The notes beneath the pieces were generated by a model. That model was not told the origin of the DNA. It searched no databases and saw only the letters and a list, made by a program, of their open reading frames with translations. The position numbers and the translations under genes are program-made. DNA of 64,000 nucleotides from the human T2T-CHM13v2.0 reference genome, Homo sapiens. The DNA lies in assembly GCF_009914755.1 (NCBI RefSeq), contig NC_060930.1; one strand, written 5' to 3'. Of this stretch, positions 13,547-26,200 are shown one piece after another. Position 1 is the first letter of the stretch, and the number at the start of each line of letters is the position of its first letter.

Positions 13547-14083
13547 CCTGAGTATATATCCAAAGGAATGAAAATCATTCTGTCATAAAGACACATGCAT
13601 GGATATGTTCATTGCAGCACTATTCACAATAACAAACACATAGAATCAACCTAAATACCCATTAATGGTAAATTGGATGAAGAAAATGTGGTGCATATAC
13701 ACAATGAAATATTATGCAGCCATGTAAAAGAACAAGATCATGTCCTTTGTGGGAACACGGATGAAGGTGGAAACCATTATTCTTAGCAAACTAATGAGGG
13801 AAGAGAAAACCAAATACCTCATTTCTCACCTTTATAAATGAGAGCACTCCATTTTATAAATGGAAACAAAGAGGAGAACAACAGATACTGAGGTCCACTT
13901 GTGGGTGGAAGTTGGGAGAAGGGAGAGGTTCAGAAAAAATAACTATTGGGCACTAGACTTAGTACCAGAGTGATGAAATAATCTGTACAGCCAACCCTGT
14001 GAATTGAGTGTACCTATATAACAAGCCTACACAGGTACCGCTGAACCTAAAATAAAAGTTAAAAAAAGAAAAAGAAAAGAAAA
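13547..14083 (+). mobile_element. L1PA15/16-type 3' end with A-rich tail
   Basis: aaagacacatgc...atgttcattgcagcactattcacaata...ctgaacctaaaataaaagtt followed by poly-A. Confidence 0.9.
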
Positions 14084-14376
14084 GCTAGATGCCATAATTC
14101 TAGGCAAATTAATACAGGAACAAAAAACCAAACACTGCATATTCTCACTTATAACTGGAAGCTAAACACTGAGCACACAAGGACATAAACATGGGAATAA
14201 TAGACCCTGTGGATTATTAGTGAGTCGGGGGTGGGTTCAAAAAGTACCTATAGTACTATGCTCACTACTCGGGTGACAGGATCTGTACTCCAAACCTCAG
14301 CATCACACAATATCCCTATGTAACAAATTTGCACGTGTACTCCCTGTATCTAAAATAAAAGCTAAAGAGAGAAAAA
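14084..14376 (+). mobile_element. Second L1 3' end (L1PB4/L1PA17-type), head-to-tail with the previous one
   Basis: aaaccaaacactgcatattctcacttataa...ccaaacctcagcatcacacaatat...tatctaaaataaaag. Confidence 0.9.
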
Positions 14377-14394
14377 AAGATTACTAGAAACACA

Positions 14395-14730
14395 ATGTTT
14401 AAGAAGAGTCACAGTTTCTTCTTTCAAAAAGTTTTAATTCTAGTGTGAAAGCAGAAAATAAGTAAACAAACTTAAGGTAGTAATTAGTTCCAGGAATAAA
14501 AATGAGGTAGAATGAAGGCATGATGAGTGACCAACATGGATATGATAATTGACTGGACTCAACTGAAGCAATAGAGAAACTCCTGTAAAATTTTGCAGGC
14601 AGCATCCCAGGCCAGGGGATAAGAATGGGCAAAGCTCTCTCCACCATGTGGAAAACAGACCAGTAAGGCAACCAAAAGGACAACAAGGAAATGGAGTGGT
14701 AGATATAAATTTAGAAAGGTAGGATATTGG
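14395..14730 (-). mobile_element. L2 fragment
   Basis: Decayed L2 body (gcatcccaggccaggggataagaatgggcaaag). Confidence 0.55.
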
Positions 14731-15254
14731 ATTCCACTGGAAATGAAATATTAAATGTTTTCTATCTTGTTACTGTGAACAATGCGCAATATATTTCCCA
14801 CTATTTACAACCACACATTTTCCTCAAGATTTATGACACCCTTGATATCTCTGCTACTCTGGAAATTGTCAGTAATGGGGTAGAATAAGGGACAAAGTGA
14901 AGATGTGTATTTGCAAAACACAAGTGGTATTAAAAGACTATGAAATATCCTCCTGGATATAGACCTTAAAGGAAATTAAAAGCTGCAGGATAAAAGAGGC
15001 ACCACTGCCCCCACCCCAAACTAAGGGTCTGTCATGACGAGGTGGTGTGTCAGCTTCTCCAGGATAAACTACTCTAACAAGAATTTCCTTTCTAGAATGT
15101 ATCAATATTGGGTCAGGGGGATTCAAAAGATATTCTCTTATGAGAGTCTGAAGAAGGAAAGAAAGCAACAGTCATTGTATAGCACAAACATTTATGCACA
15201 TACACACACACATGCGCACACACCTTTTTCCCAGTTTTTCAGTCAAACAGAAAT

Positions 15255-15580
15255 GTAGGTACTGATGTGAAGCGACTTTGCCAATGTAACTAAAATTCCT
15301 ATTCAGTGGATTTTAATTTAGATTATCTTGGGTTGTCCTGACTTAATCAGTTGCTAGTCCTTTTAAAAGAGGGCATAGGCCTTCCTTGAGAAAGTGGGCA
15401 ACAAACTTTGGCCCTTGCTCTTGGGTTTCAATCCACTTGGTCTCTTTCCTTCCTGACTGTCTGCCTTGTGAATTTCAAACTTACTTAGCCAGTCCCCACA
15501 AGTGAATAAGCCAATTCATCAGAGTAATCCATGTATTTCCTATAGGTCCCTTTTCTCTGGGTGGACTTGAACAGACACGG
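15255..15580 (+). mobile_element. MLT2-family (ERVL) LTR fragment
   Basis: agattatcttgggttgtcctgacttaatcagttg...ccccacaagtgaataagccaattc...ttctctgg motifs. Confidence 0.65.
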
Positions 15581-15761
15581 GCATACTCATTTCAAGTGCT
15601 TTGTAGTGGAGACTCTAAAGAACACATGGAAATATTTTTGAGTCAGATTTAAACATTTGCCAGATCCAGAGAACCTGAGGACAGATTTAGACATACCAAT
15701 ACCTATCTTTTTAATATCCTTTTTATTTCCTCAGCTCAAACTTGATGAGCTCAGAAATTTT

Positions 15762-15857
15762 AACCATGGGAGCTAAGTGATGTGAAAACATGAAAACCAA
15801 GAGGAGAACCAGAGGTATTGAGGTCTACTTGAGGGTGGAAGTTGGAAGGAGGGAGAG
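15762..15857 (+). mobile_element. Tail-less L1 3'-UTR fragment
   Basis: gggagctaagtgatg...ctacttgagggtggaagttggaaggagggagag, flanked by agaaatttt at 15753-15761 and 15856-15864. Confidence 0.8.
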
Positions 15858-15959
15858 AAATTTTGAATGGAAAGCTAGTGGAGCTTTTTTAATGTTTGTA
15901 GTTTGTTTCATTTTAAAGGGCAAAGACAAAATATGACCACATCCAAAAGCAAGATACAT

Positions 15960-16450
15960 CATGTATTACTTAAGAATGGCTCTTGTGATTAATACACAGT
16001 GAATTAAAACAATATGACTTTAGTGTTTTGTAGTTCTCTAGATTATAATTACTACACAGCTCTTACTGAGCTAAAATTAAGGTATCAACAGAGCTGCATT
16101 CCCTTCAGGAGGCTGTAGAAGAGAATTCGTCTTCTGCCTCTAAAGGTTGCCATATTCCTTGACTCAGTCCCTCTGTCTTTATCTTCAAAGACACAATGGT
16201 GAATGCAATCTTTCTCATGTGACATCATTCTTTCTCTTCTGTCTCCCTTTTCCACGTTTAAGGTTGCTGGTGATTATATTGATCCACCTAGCTAATCCAG
16301 GATTCCATATTTTAATAGCATCTAATTAGCAATCTTAATTACATCTGTAATGGTAATTTCCCTTTGTCATGAAACATAACATAGTGCTGGTTTTATGGAT
16401 TAGGAATTTGACAACTTAGAAGGTAGTGCTGGTATTTATTCTGAATGCAC
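15960..16450 (-). mobile_element. MLT1 (MaLR) LTR
   Basis: gagctaaaattaaggtatcaacagagctgcattcc...ggattaggaatttgaca motifs. Confidence 0.7.
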
Positions 16451-17168
16451 ATCTGAGCATTCTGCCTATTTGGATCTGGAGCAACTATATATTTCCGCAC
16501 TTCCTTTCATAGTTTGATATAATAGAACTTCACTGAGACAAATGTATTCCCATTGACAGGAAATCACTCCTGTAATTAAACTATAGAGGGAAAAACTTGA
16601 ATGTGTCAACTAACTGGTAATTGGATCTATGTCCAAACATATACTTTTCTTTACATTGCTATACATCTTGCATAAATTGTCCTTTTCATCTGGCAATTCA
16701 CGGTTATACATGAAAGACATTATCATTAAGGGTACAGTTTACTGTAAATATAATTTTTCAATAGATCTTAGTTGTATCCTATGAGTATTTCTTTACATGT
16801 GTTTTCCAATATATTGCTAAAAGGTAGCTTTTATTGTGAACAGAATAATAGGCAGTTGGTCTTACGTTCAAAGCCATTTCAAAAAAGCATTTGCTTAAAA
16901 ATGTTAAAAATGGAGGTCATTATATAAAATTGACTCCAAATGACTTCTTAGTCAAAAAGAGATAATTAGGTGCTTCCCTGAAGAAAGTGGTATATTAGGA
17001 AATTAATCCCCATGGAATCAGAAGTCTTTCTGAATTTCAGTGATTTTGTAGTACTCATATTTGATTATGCAATATGGAAACCTCTAAATGTATCACCAAA
17101 TCTGCAGACCCTACTGACAGCTGCTTGAACAGCCAAGCAAAGGAAGAGAAAAATAAAGAAGAATTACA

Positions 17169-17486
17169 GGCCAGGCATGCTGCCTCACTGCTGTAATCCC
17201 AGCATTTTGGGAGGCTGAGGCAAGCAGATCACCTGAGGTCAGGAGTTTGGAACAAGCCCGGCCAACATGGTGAAAGAGATGGGCGTCTCTATTAAAATAC
17301 AAAAATTAGCCGGGCATGGTGGCAGGTGCCTGTAATCCCAGCTACTTAGGAGGCTGAGGCAGGAAAATAGCTTGAACCCAGGAACCCAGGAGGCGGAGGT
17401 TGCAGTGAGCTGAGATTGTGCCACTGCACTCCAGCCTGAGCAACAGAGCAAGACTTTGTCAAAAAAAAAAAAAAAAGAAGAAGAAG
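17169..17486 (+). mobile_element. AluSx-like element
   Basis: Full dimer. 13-bp TSD aagaagaattaca at 17156-17168 and 17487-17499. Small internal duplication gaacccag-gaacccag. Confidence 0.97.
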
Positions 17487-19219
17487 AAGAAGAATTACAA
17501 CAACAATGAAACTCATTCTTGATTTAGCATCATAATTTCAAGGTATTTTTAAAAGCTTGAGAACTTTCTTGCACATTTCAGCAGTACTAGTCAAAAACTG
17601 TGTAATTAAAAAGGAAGTAAGTTGAAGTAGGACCAGGTAGAGATGAAGGAGATGTGAGGATGGGCAGTGCATTAGTACCACATGTGCAAAGTTAGTTCAG
17701 TAAAGAAAGGGATTAATTAGCTTAAAAGGTTTGAAACCATTTGGGCATAGTTTTAAAGACAAAAGAAAAATCATCCTGCAGGAATGCAGTTCATTATTGA
17801 GAGAAGATGAGCAATGAACAATGAATTCCATCAGTTTTATAGGCAACCCTCCTTCTCCTTCATACAGTACTATCCATTATTAATGAGCACTATTTCTGAG
17901 TGTGAAAGAACTGTTTGAAAAACATTAACATAGTCTATTGGATGTGATTGACATTGTCATTTCTTTTATTTTGCTGTTGGCAAGTGGCTTCCCTGTAGAT
18001 GTACGTGCATCTGGACATTACTAATATTCTTCTTGTTATGCACTCTGGGCAGCTGTGATATGGAAATTTTCAGCATTGTATTTTATGGTTTATTTTTCAG
18101 CTTTTACATTGTGTTCTGTTGCAAGATGCAAAAGTCAAGCCTTTTTGTATGCAATGATCAATCAGAAAAAAATTATCTTTTTTCTAATCTGACTCTTCTC
18201 CAAAATGTAAAAGAAATTTATTCGAATTCTGGAGATATGCAATGACCGTCTGCTAGTGAAGCAGTTATTTAGATCCATGTCTATTCATGGTATTTCTTTT
18301 TTACCCTCCAGTTTTCAAAGTTGATTACATTTTTAATTGTCCTGCTCCAAACAAAAAAGAACTGTAGCTCCTGTCTACCTGCTGTTCAGTAACATCAAGC
18401 ACAGACTAACCCGCCCACATAATACCTTTTAATCAACAAAATTAAAGGTAACAGAGTCAAGGATTAGAGGAGTAATGAATCCAAGAAAAAAAGAAATTAA
18501 ACACCACATCCTCTTGACTTTTAAATATGTATGTAACTAAGCTGCTTTTTTCCTCTCAGCTGCCCCGCTTCTCCCTCCTCACAGCCCATATGCACACCCA
18601 CACAGAGATGTGTGCTCCTAAGTGTTACTGACTCACTTCACATCAGCATACCACAAGTCAATCTGTTTCTCTGTACATTAATAACCTATCAATAAAGTGA
18701 AGTAGGAACTAAAGGTGATAGTCATTAATAGATGGAGGTGCAACTTAACTGCTTCTATTCCCTTTGTTGGTATTTCACTGCCAGATTTGCCAAATTACTT
18801 GAGTACACTAACAATTCATCCTAACAGAGCTCCCCAAAGTGTGTGTTTGTCTCATGGGATGTCAATATATGTAATACAAAAAAAAAAAAAAAAGAGAGAG
18901 AGAGAAATTGTTCTGTGCTAAAAGTAACATGGCGGTGTTCTGTTTCAGTATTTTGGAGTGCTAGAGAGCCAGATGAACTCTCATAAGGCTGACATGAAAC
19001 AGGGTTCCTAGGAAAGTGAGTATAATTATATGGTTTTCTTAAACTGATATTACTTTAGCATATTTTCACCTCATAAATTGTCTGGAGTTATTAGTGTTTT
19101 ATGGAACACATTTTGGGAAATTCTGATTTAATTGCAGCTCCCTATTAAGCATATTATTATACTAATAGGAGTTATTCTAGGGAAAAAACGCTTTAACTTC
19201 CTAGTTTTTTTCATAAACC

Positions 19220-19400
19220 ACATAGTATGGTGATTAAAAGTGGGCTTCGGAGTTCTACTTCCTGAGGTCAAATACTAGCTCCACTAATTACTAGTTGCAT
19301 GACCTTAGGCAAGTCTCTACCATTTATTTGACTCAATTTTCTCTACAGCCAAATGAGGAAAAATAATAGTACCTTAGACACAAAATAATGTGAATAAAGT
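19220..19400 (+). mobile_element. MIR
   Basis: Core motifs agctccactaattactagttgcatgaccttaggcaagt...ctcaattttctc...aaatgagg...ataatagtacct. Confidence 0.85.
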
Positions 19401-19868
19401 AGTAGCTATAATAATTGTTACTCACACTCCCAAAACCTATGCATATGAAGCACATCAGCCCTCTTATATCAGAAAGGCATGTTATGTTACCAATTTCTTT
19501 ATCCAGTATTCTAGATATTGAAGAACTTTCTAGGAATGATTGTAAGTCCCAAAATTGATCACAAAACTTCATATACTCTGTTTTTTCAGTTATCCAGTGG
19601 TTTGACTTATGAATTACCACTCTAATGAAATAGTGCAGCAGGGCTGCATGCTACACAAGCAAGAATATTTTCAGGTTGGTCTCCAGGATGTGATAGTCTT
19701 CTTCCCCTACTGTTAGGAAGCCATGTGTTACTCTAATGTTATAAATTTCAAGCCTATCAGTAATTATATACAGAAGTCCCTTTAAAACCTACCCAAATCA
19801 TATTATGGTGGAATTCATTCATTTTTTTTTTTACCCAACACATTTGCATTGCACACTTATTGCCCTAA

Positions 19869-20201
19869 TGCTATGGTTTTAATGTGTCCTCTCCAAAATT
19901 CAGGTGTTAGCAATGTGATAGTGTTAAGATATGGAGACTTTAAGGGGTGACTAGGCCTATAAGGGGCTCCTTCCTCATAAATAGGAATAAAGCCCTTATA
20001 AAAGAGGCTTCATGTAGCATTAGGCTCCCTTACCCTTCCACCTTCTACTATGTTAGGATGCAGCAATAAAGCCCTCACCAGAATAAATGTTAGTGCCTTG
20101 ATCTTAGATGTAGCCCCTAGAACTGTGAGAAATGTATCTGTCCTCTTTATACATCACCCAGTTTCAGTATTTTGTGACAGAACTACGAATGGACTAAGAC
20201 A
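19869..20201 (+). mobile_element. MST (MaLR) solo LTR
   Basis: tgctatggttttaatgtgtcc...ggactaagaca termini. Confidence 0.9.
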
Positions 20202-20610
20202 TCTGTCATCCATCAGTCAGTTTTATAGCTAAAATTCAGAAAATCAGTATGTAAACACATAAATGACCAAGACAATTTTAGACAGCAATGGGTGATTTTT
20301 AAAAAAAAGATAATTAAAGGGAGTATCTAATAGGGAATTACAAAGGTAAGAAGAACTTTACCTTAGGAAGTCAGGTGAGGAAACTCTGTGAAAAGAAGTG
20401 TCACTTGAGCTGAAATATGGGTGAAAAGAAGGAGCCAAGCATGCAAAAAGTTATCGAGAATGAATGTACAAAAACAGGAATGTACCTGATGTCTGAGGAA
20501 AAAAGTGAAAGCCACCGAGACTAGATCATGTTAAGATAAGGCAAGACGTATGGAAAATGAGAGTAGAAAGAAATTATTGGATTACCACTTAAAGCAATCT
20601 GTCAGACCAA

Positions 20611-21860
20611 GACATTGGTCTGAAAGATTTTGGTGGGTCAGACCTCAAAAATGCAGGCCGAAAAAGCAAAAATAGACAAATGGGATTATACTGGGGTAAA
20701 AAGTTTTGCAGAGCGAAAGAAACAATCAACAGAGTAGAGAGACAACCTACACAATAGCAATAAATGTTTGCAAACTATTCATCAGAGATTAATAACCAAA
20801 ATATATAAGGAACTCAAAGAACTTAACAGCAAAACAATAATAATAATAATCAGATTTAAAATGGGTAAAGGATTTGAGTAGACATTTCTGAAAAGTAGAC
20901 ATACAAACGGTAAACAGGTATATTTTAAAATGCTCAACATCATGAATCATTAGGGAAATGCAAATCAAAGTCAAAATGAAATATCATATTATCCCACTTA
21001 AAACAACTGATATGAAAATGACCAGAAAAAACAAAAATGATGGTAAGTATGCCAGAAAGGAGAATACTCGTACTGCTGATAGAAATGTAAATTAGCATAG
21101 CCACCATTGAAAATCCTATGAAACTTTCTCAAATAAATAAATAAATAAATCAACCTAGAAATAGAGCTACTATATGATTCAACAATCCCACTGCTGGGCA
21201 TATATCCAGAGGATTGAAATCAGTATGTTGAAGAGATATCTGTACTCCTGTGATCATTGAATTTTTCCCAATAGCCAAGATATGGAACCAATTTAAGTGT
21301 CCAGCAATAGAGGAGTAGATAAAGAAAATATTGTATATATACACAATGGCATATTATTCAACAATGAAAAGGAAAGAGATTCTGTCACTTGCAGCAATAT
21401 GAATGAAATCAGAAGAAATTATGTAAAGTGAAATAAGCCAGACACAGAAAGATAAATATTACCTATTCTCACTCAGAGAATGCGTTAGCCAAAAATGTTC
21501 ATCTCAGGGAGTTAGAGATTAGTAATTACTAGAGACCAGGAGGGGCAGAAGATTAGGAGGAATAAAGATAGGTTGGTTGATGTACAAAAATACAGTCAGA
21601 TTGAAGAAATAAGTTCTAGTGTTCAATCACATGGTAGGGTGACTAAATTAATAATAATTTATTGTATATTTCAAAGTAGCTAGAAGAAAGATCTGTAAGA
21701 TTCTCAACACAAAGAAATGATAAATGTTTGAGGTGGTGAATATCTCAATTACCCCGATTTGATCACTACATATTTTATGTATCTGTTAAAATATCACATG
21801 TACCACAGAAGCATATATAATCATCATATGTCCACTAAAAATAACATAAATAAATAAAAA
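20611..21860 (+). mobile_element. L1MA 3' portion (end of ORF2 plus 3' UTR)
   Basis: aaaagcaaaaatagacaaatgggatta...gaaatgcaaatcaaa...taccccgatttgatcactaca...A-rich tail. Confidence 0.92.
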
Positions 21861-21879
21861 CAATTTTCCCAGATAACAG

Positions 21880-22390
21880 ATTGAAAGAAGGTGTCAGGGC
21901 AGATCCTGGAAACAGGGAAACCACTTTACCAGTTGTAGCAGTTATACAGGCCAGAGACAAAGGATGTTGGACTTGGATGAAAGCAAGGGAAAAATAAAGA
22001 GTTAACAGATTTAGCATATATTTTGAAAGTAAGATTGACAAGATTTGTGGAGGGACTGACTATGGGATGAAAATGGAAAAGAGGAACCAGGGATGATGCC
22101 CAAATTTTGGCCTGAGAGGCAGTTGAATTGCAATACAATACAATTTCCTGGACTTGGTGAGACTTGAGGAGTGGTAGGCATAAATTCTGCATTCTGTTTT
22201 TGTCACAATAATATTTGTTGGCTACTAGGAATCTAAATGGAGAAGTAAAGTTGGCAGACGGTCATACAAGCTGTAGCCCAGAAAACAGATATAAGATGAA
22301 ATTAAGAAACTATCATAGAATATTGTATTAAGAACTTATTGTAGGCCAGGCACTGTCCTGATTACTGGAAATAAAATGGTGAAGAAAATA
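21880..22390 (-). mobile_element. L2 fragments
   Basis: atattttgaaagtaagattgacaagatttg...ggatgatgcccaaattttggcctgag. Confidence 0.75.
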
Positions 22391-22394
22391 CATA

Positions 22395-23250
22395 TGTGAT
22401 AGGCAGAATTCTAAAATGGCTACCAAGGTCCCTGCTCCCTGATGTGTAATATCCTCTTCTTGAGTATGGGTGGGACCTGTCTATATGATGAATATAGCTC
22501 CCATAATTAGGATATGCTATGGAGCAGTGGTCCCCAACCTTTTTGGCACCAGAGACTGGTTTCATGGAAGACAATTTTTCCATGGATTGGGGGTGGGGGA
22601 TGGTTTGGGGATGAAACCGTTCCACTTCAAATCATCATAAGGAGCATGCAACCTAGATCCCTCACCTGCGCAGTTCACAATAGGGTTCATGCGCTCCTAT
22701 GAGACTCTAAGGCCACTGCTGATCTGACAGGAAGCGAAGCTCAGGTGGTAGGTAATTTTCCCTCCACCACTGCTCACCTCCTGCTGCGTGGCTGATTCCG
22801 GGTCTATGGCCAGAGGTTGGGGAACCCTGCTATATAGCACAGTTTGCTTTAAGAACAGAAGTTATCTTGGGTAAGCCTGATCTAATTAGAGTAGCCTTTA
22901 AAAAGGTCTGGACCACTTCTGAAAATAAGTAACCTATGAGCTCAACATAAGAGAGATTGGAAATGTGAGAGGACCAAGTGTAGAAGGAACCACATCTCTG
23001 GGACCTGCCGGTATCAGCAAGAAAACAGAGACTTCATTCACTCAGCCACAAAGAAATAAATTTTGCCAATAACCTAATGGAGTCTGCAGATGAAGATGTG
23101 TCCAGCTGATACTTTGATTTCAACCTTGTTAAGAACCCAGCCATGCTGTACTGAACTCCTGACCCAAGGAAACTCTGAGATAATATATTTGTGTTTTATT
23201 AACCCACTACAGTTGTGGTAATTTCTTACACAGTAATAGAAAACTAATTC
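22395..23250 (+). mobile_element. MLT1E-type LTR interrupted by MER1B
   Basis: tgtgataggcagaattctaaaatggc 5' end and cagtaatagaaaactaat 3' end. Confidence 0.85.
22525..22829. mobile_element. MER1B hAT-Charlie MITE
   Basis: TIRs cagtggtccccaacc / ggttggggaaccctg. 8-bp TSD ctatggag (22517-22524) / ctatatag (22830-22837). Confidence 0.92.
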
Positions 23251-26200
23251 TATGTATTTCATCTGTTTTGTGGAGAATTCAGTTTGCTAAAAAAAAGGAA
23301 AAGGAAGTAGAGCAGATCACTACCATCACATTTTCATTTCAAAACAAGGCTGTGCATCATTTTGAAGACTGGAGTTGAATGGTATGCAGATTGAGGTCCT
23401 TTATGACAGAATAGATGGATGAACTTGGTGGTTGGCTACTGAGGTACAAGCAAGAGACCTCAGATTAGGATGGTGGTAGCAGATATTGTGTAGAAAGGAT
23501 AGATGTTAGAGCCATTTTTAGGGAACATTGAAGAACTGGAATAATGGACATGAATGGAGAAGATAGGCATCCATATTGGACCAGCCCCTGTCCACAGTAT
23601 TGAAGATATCCTTATATGTAAGTCACTTTGGGACATCAGATATCAGATATAACAGTAGAGAAATTGAGAAGGAGACCATTCAGTATATTTCCCACTTTTG
23701 TTTATGTAGTTGCATTATTTATGATGCAATCAAACCTCATATTTTCACCATTATTTTATATTTTTGTTCGATGTTTAATAGCCCATGTTAAGTCATCATA
23801 GATATAAGAGTAACAAAGCCCAGGCACTCCTGTCAGTAATTTAAATATACTGCTATATTACTGCCAGAATATAATGATGCTCAACCAGCTAAATGATCTG
23901 CTCATTTTATGACACAATTGATGTCAATTTTTGAAATCAAATTTCTCAATATCCATACCATAGATTTGAACGTATGTCTTGTTTAACACATTGAACTGCT
24001 AGATTATGTATTCCAGCAATTTAAAAAGATTACATAAATTATTTAAGATCTTGGTTGTTTTATATATAAGGTTATTTTTCTTGGGTTCTCAAATGTGAAA
24101 ATAAAATCACTTATCTAAAAATTGTGACATAATCTTTTCTGTCATAGATTTATAAATGTTATTTATTGTCTTCTGACATTAATTGTAACAGAGAAAACTG
24201 TGGGCAAGAAAATTTTAGTTTCACTGCAGACCGTTTGCTATTTTGTCTCTTTTTTTACTAAATGGAGAAAAATTTTCTCACTGTTTATATTTATTTCTTT
24301 GTTTATAAATTGGTGTTGTTGCATTTACTACTTGTGTTGATTTTTCCCATGCTATGGTACTTATTTAATCTGTATATTTCAGGCTTATTCAGCTTTCATT
24401 TTTGTCTTTCTTGTTCTCATTATGATCATTATGTCAGCTGATTTTTATTCTTTCCTCTATTTCCTTTTTATTCTTGAAATATTGCTTTCAGGATTTTTCA
24501 TCAAAATTATTGCCTTTAATGTTAATTTTGTTCTTCATTAACTTGGAAACACGTTTTAACTTATACTTTTTTAGTTTACTTAAATTTTTGCTTTTTTACA
24601 CATTTACTTTTGTCTTCTTTCTATTTCTTTCCATACAAACTTATGTTTCAATTTCTCGTATGCGATTTTTCTATTATACATTGGACACCAAGGAATCTTT
24701 AAATGTTTTTTCTTATTTTGCAATAAATTGTTTATGGTATCTGTTTATTTTTTGATATAAAACCAATATTGCCTTCCAGTTGATCTATTTTATTTTTTAA
24801 TTTGGCACTCATAAATAAGAAAATGATTGTACTAATGTTTTCATAGAAAAAGTGACATTGGTTAAAAAAATACTTTAAATAAACTCTTAGAGCTAGCTTA
24901 CGATACTGACGATGCAAAAGATACATGCTGGGAATTGCTGCAAATTTAGAAAAAAACAATTCAATTTACCAAGGTGTAGGAAAGATTCTAATTCCATGTC
25001 ATAATTTATAAGATGATGATGAAGATGAACTATATGAGAATAGTTTCTGTTCAGAAACTATAGGAGGAGAGAGTCAAGTTGGCAGACTAGAGGCAGCTAG
25101 TGTGCAACACTTCTACAGAGAGAAAACAAAGTGGCTGCTAAACAGCGCCTAGCGGCCCTGCAAGCCAATCATCTAATAAACCATGTGGAGATCCAGCAAG
25201 GCAGTGAGGGAACACAGAGAACAGAAAAGAGTGAAGCTAAGCAGAAGCCCATCTGGGATTAGTACACAGGCAGGAGAAGCGCCCCAAAATGGGGAAAGGG
25301 TGAATGAGTGAGTGAGAGCCACTGGGGGATCCACAGGGAGCTGTGCAAGCCTTGGAAGGAGAAAATTCCCTTCACCCGCTAGGCTGCTAGACTGATACAG
25401 AGCCATCTGCAGTTTTTGCAGAGGCAGCACTCAAGTCTATGGGGACCGCCAAAAGCACTGGACTTCAGAGAAACCCAGCACCAGCTGCCATAGCCCCAAC
25501 TGAGAACACAATTGGAGTGTCCAAGAACAGTAAGATTGCTCCACTCCACCTCAGAAGACTAGGCTTGGTGCCAGCTTCCAGCGCAGTGGCCTTGTTTCTG
25601 CCTCAACTCTGCCAGGGGGAACAGCTCCAGGTTCCTCGGGAAGCACTTTGATGGCAGGATGGGCAACCCATCCATCACCACTGCTCATAGCCAGGTGGTC
25701 CATATCTCCTGTGGCTTGCAGCACAGTGGAAATGCTTCTGCCTAAACTCTGTGGGAGGGTGTAATCCCATGTTCCCACAAGAAGCACCCAGACAGTAGAT
25801 TGGGTAAGCACCCCGCTGCTTCTAGCTGAGTGGTACCCACTGGCTGAGTTAGTGACCAAAGAAGGGAGAGTGCATACTCTCAGAACATGGAGAGGTGTTA
25901 GGTGCCTGGTTTTGTGAGTGAGTGGAGGAGCAAGCAGGGTGTGCCTCCCTCCACAGGACCTGTCCGGCAGGTCCTATAGGAGGAGGGAGTCAAGATGACA
26001 GACTAGAGGCAGCTAGTGTGGTCTGCCAACCATGATCCCTGCCTGAGGGAGCCCTGTGGACAAGAACACCTAACAAAGGCAACACAACCATGGAACCAAT
26101 GATTGGAGGAGGCTCTTCCAAAATGCAGGAGCCGGCCAGGTGAGGCAGTCATTTCTCTCCCACATCTCCTCAAACACAGAGCACTGCTGCCAACTGTGCC

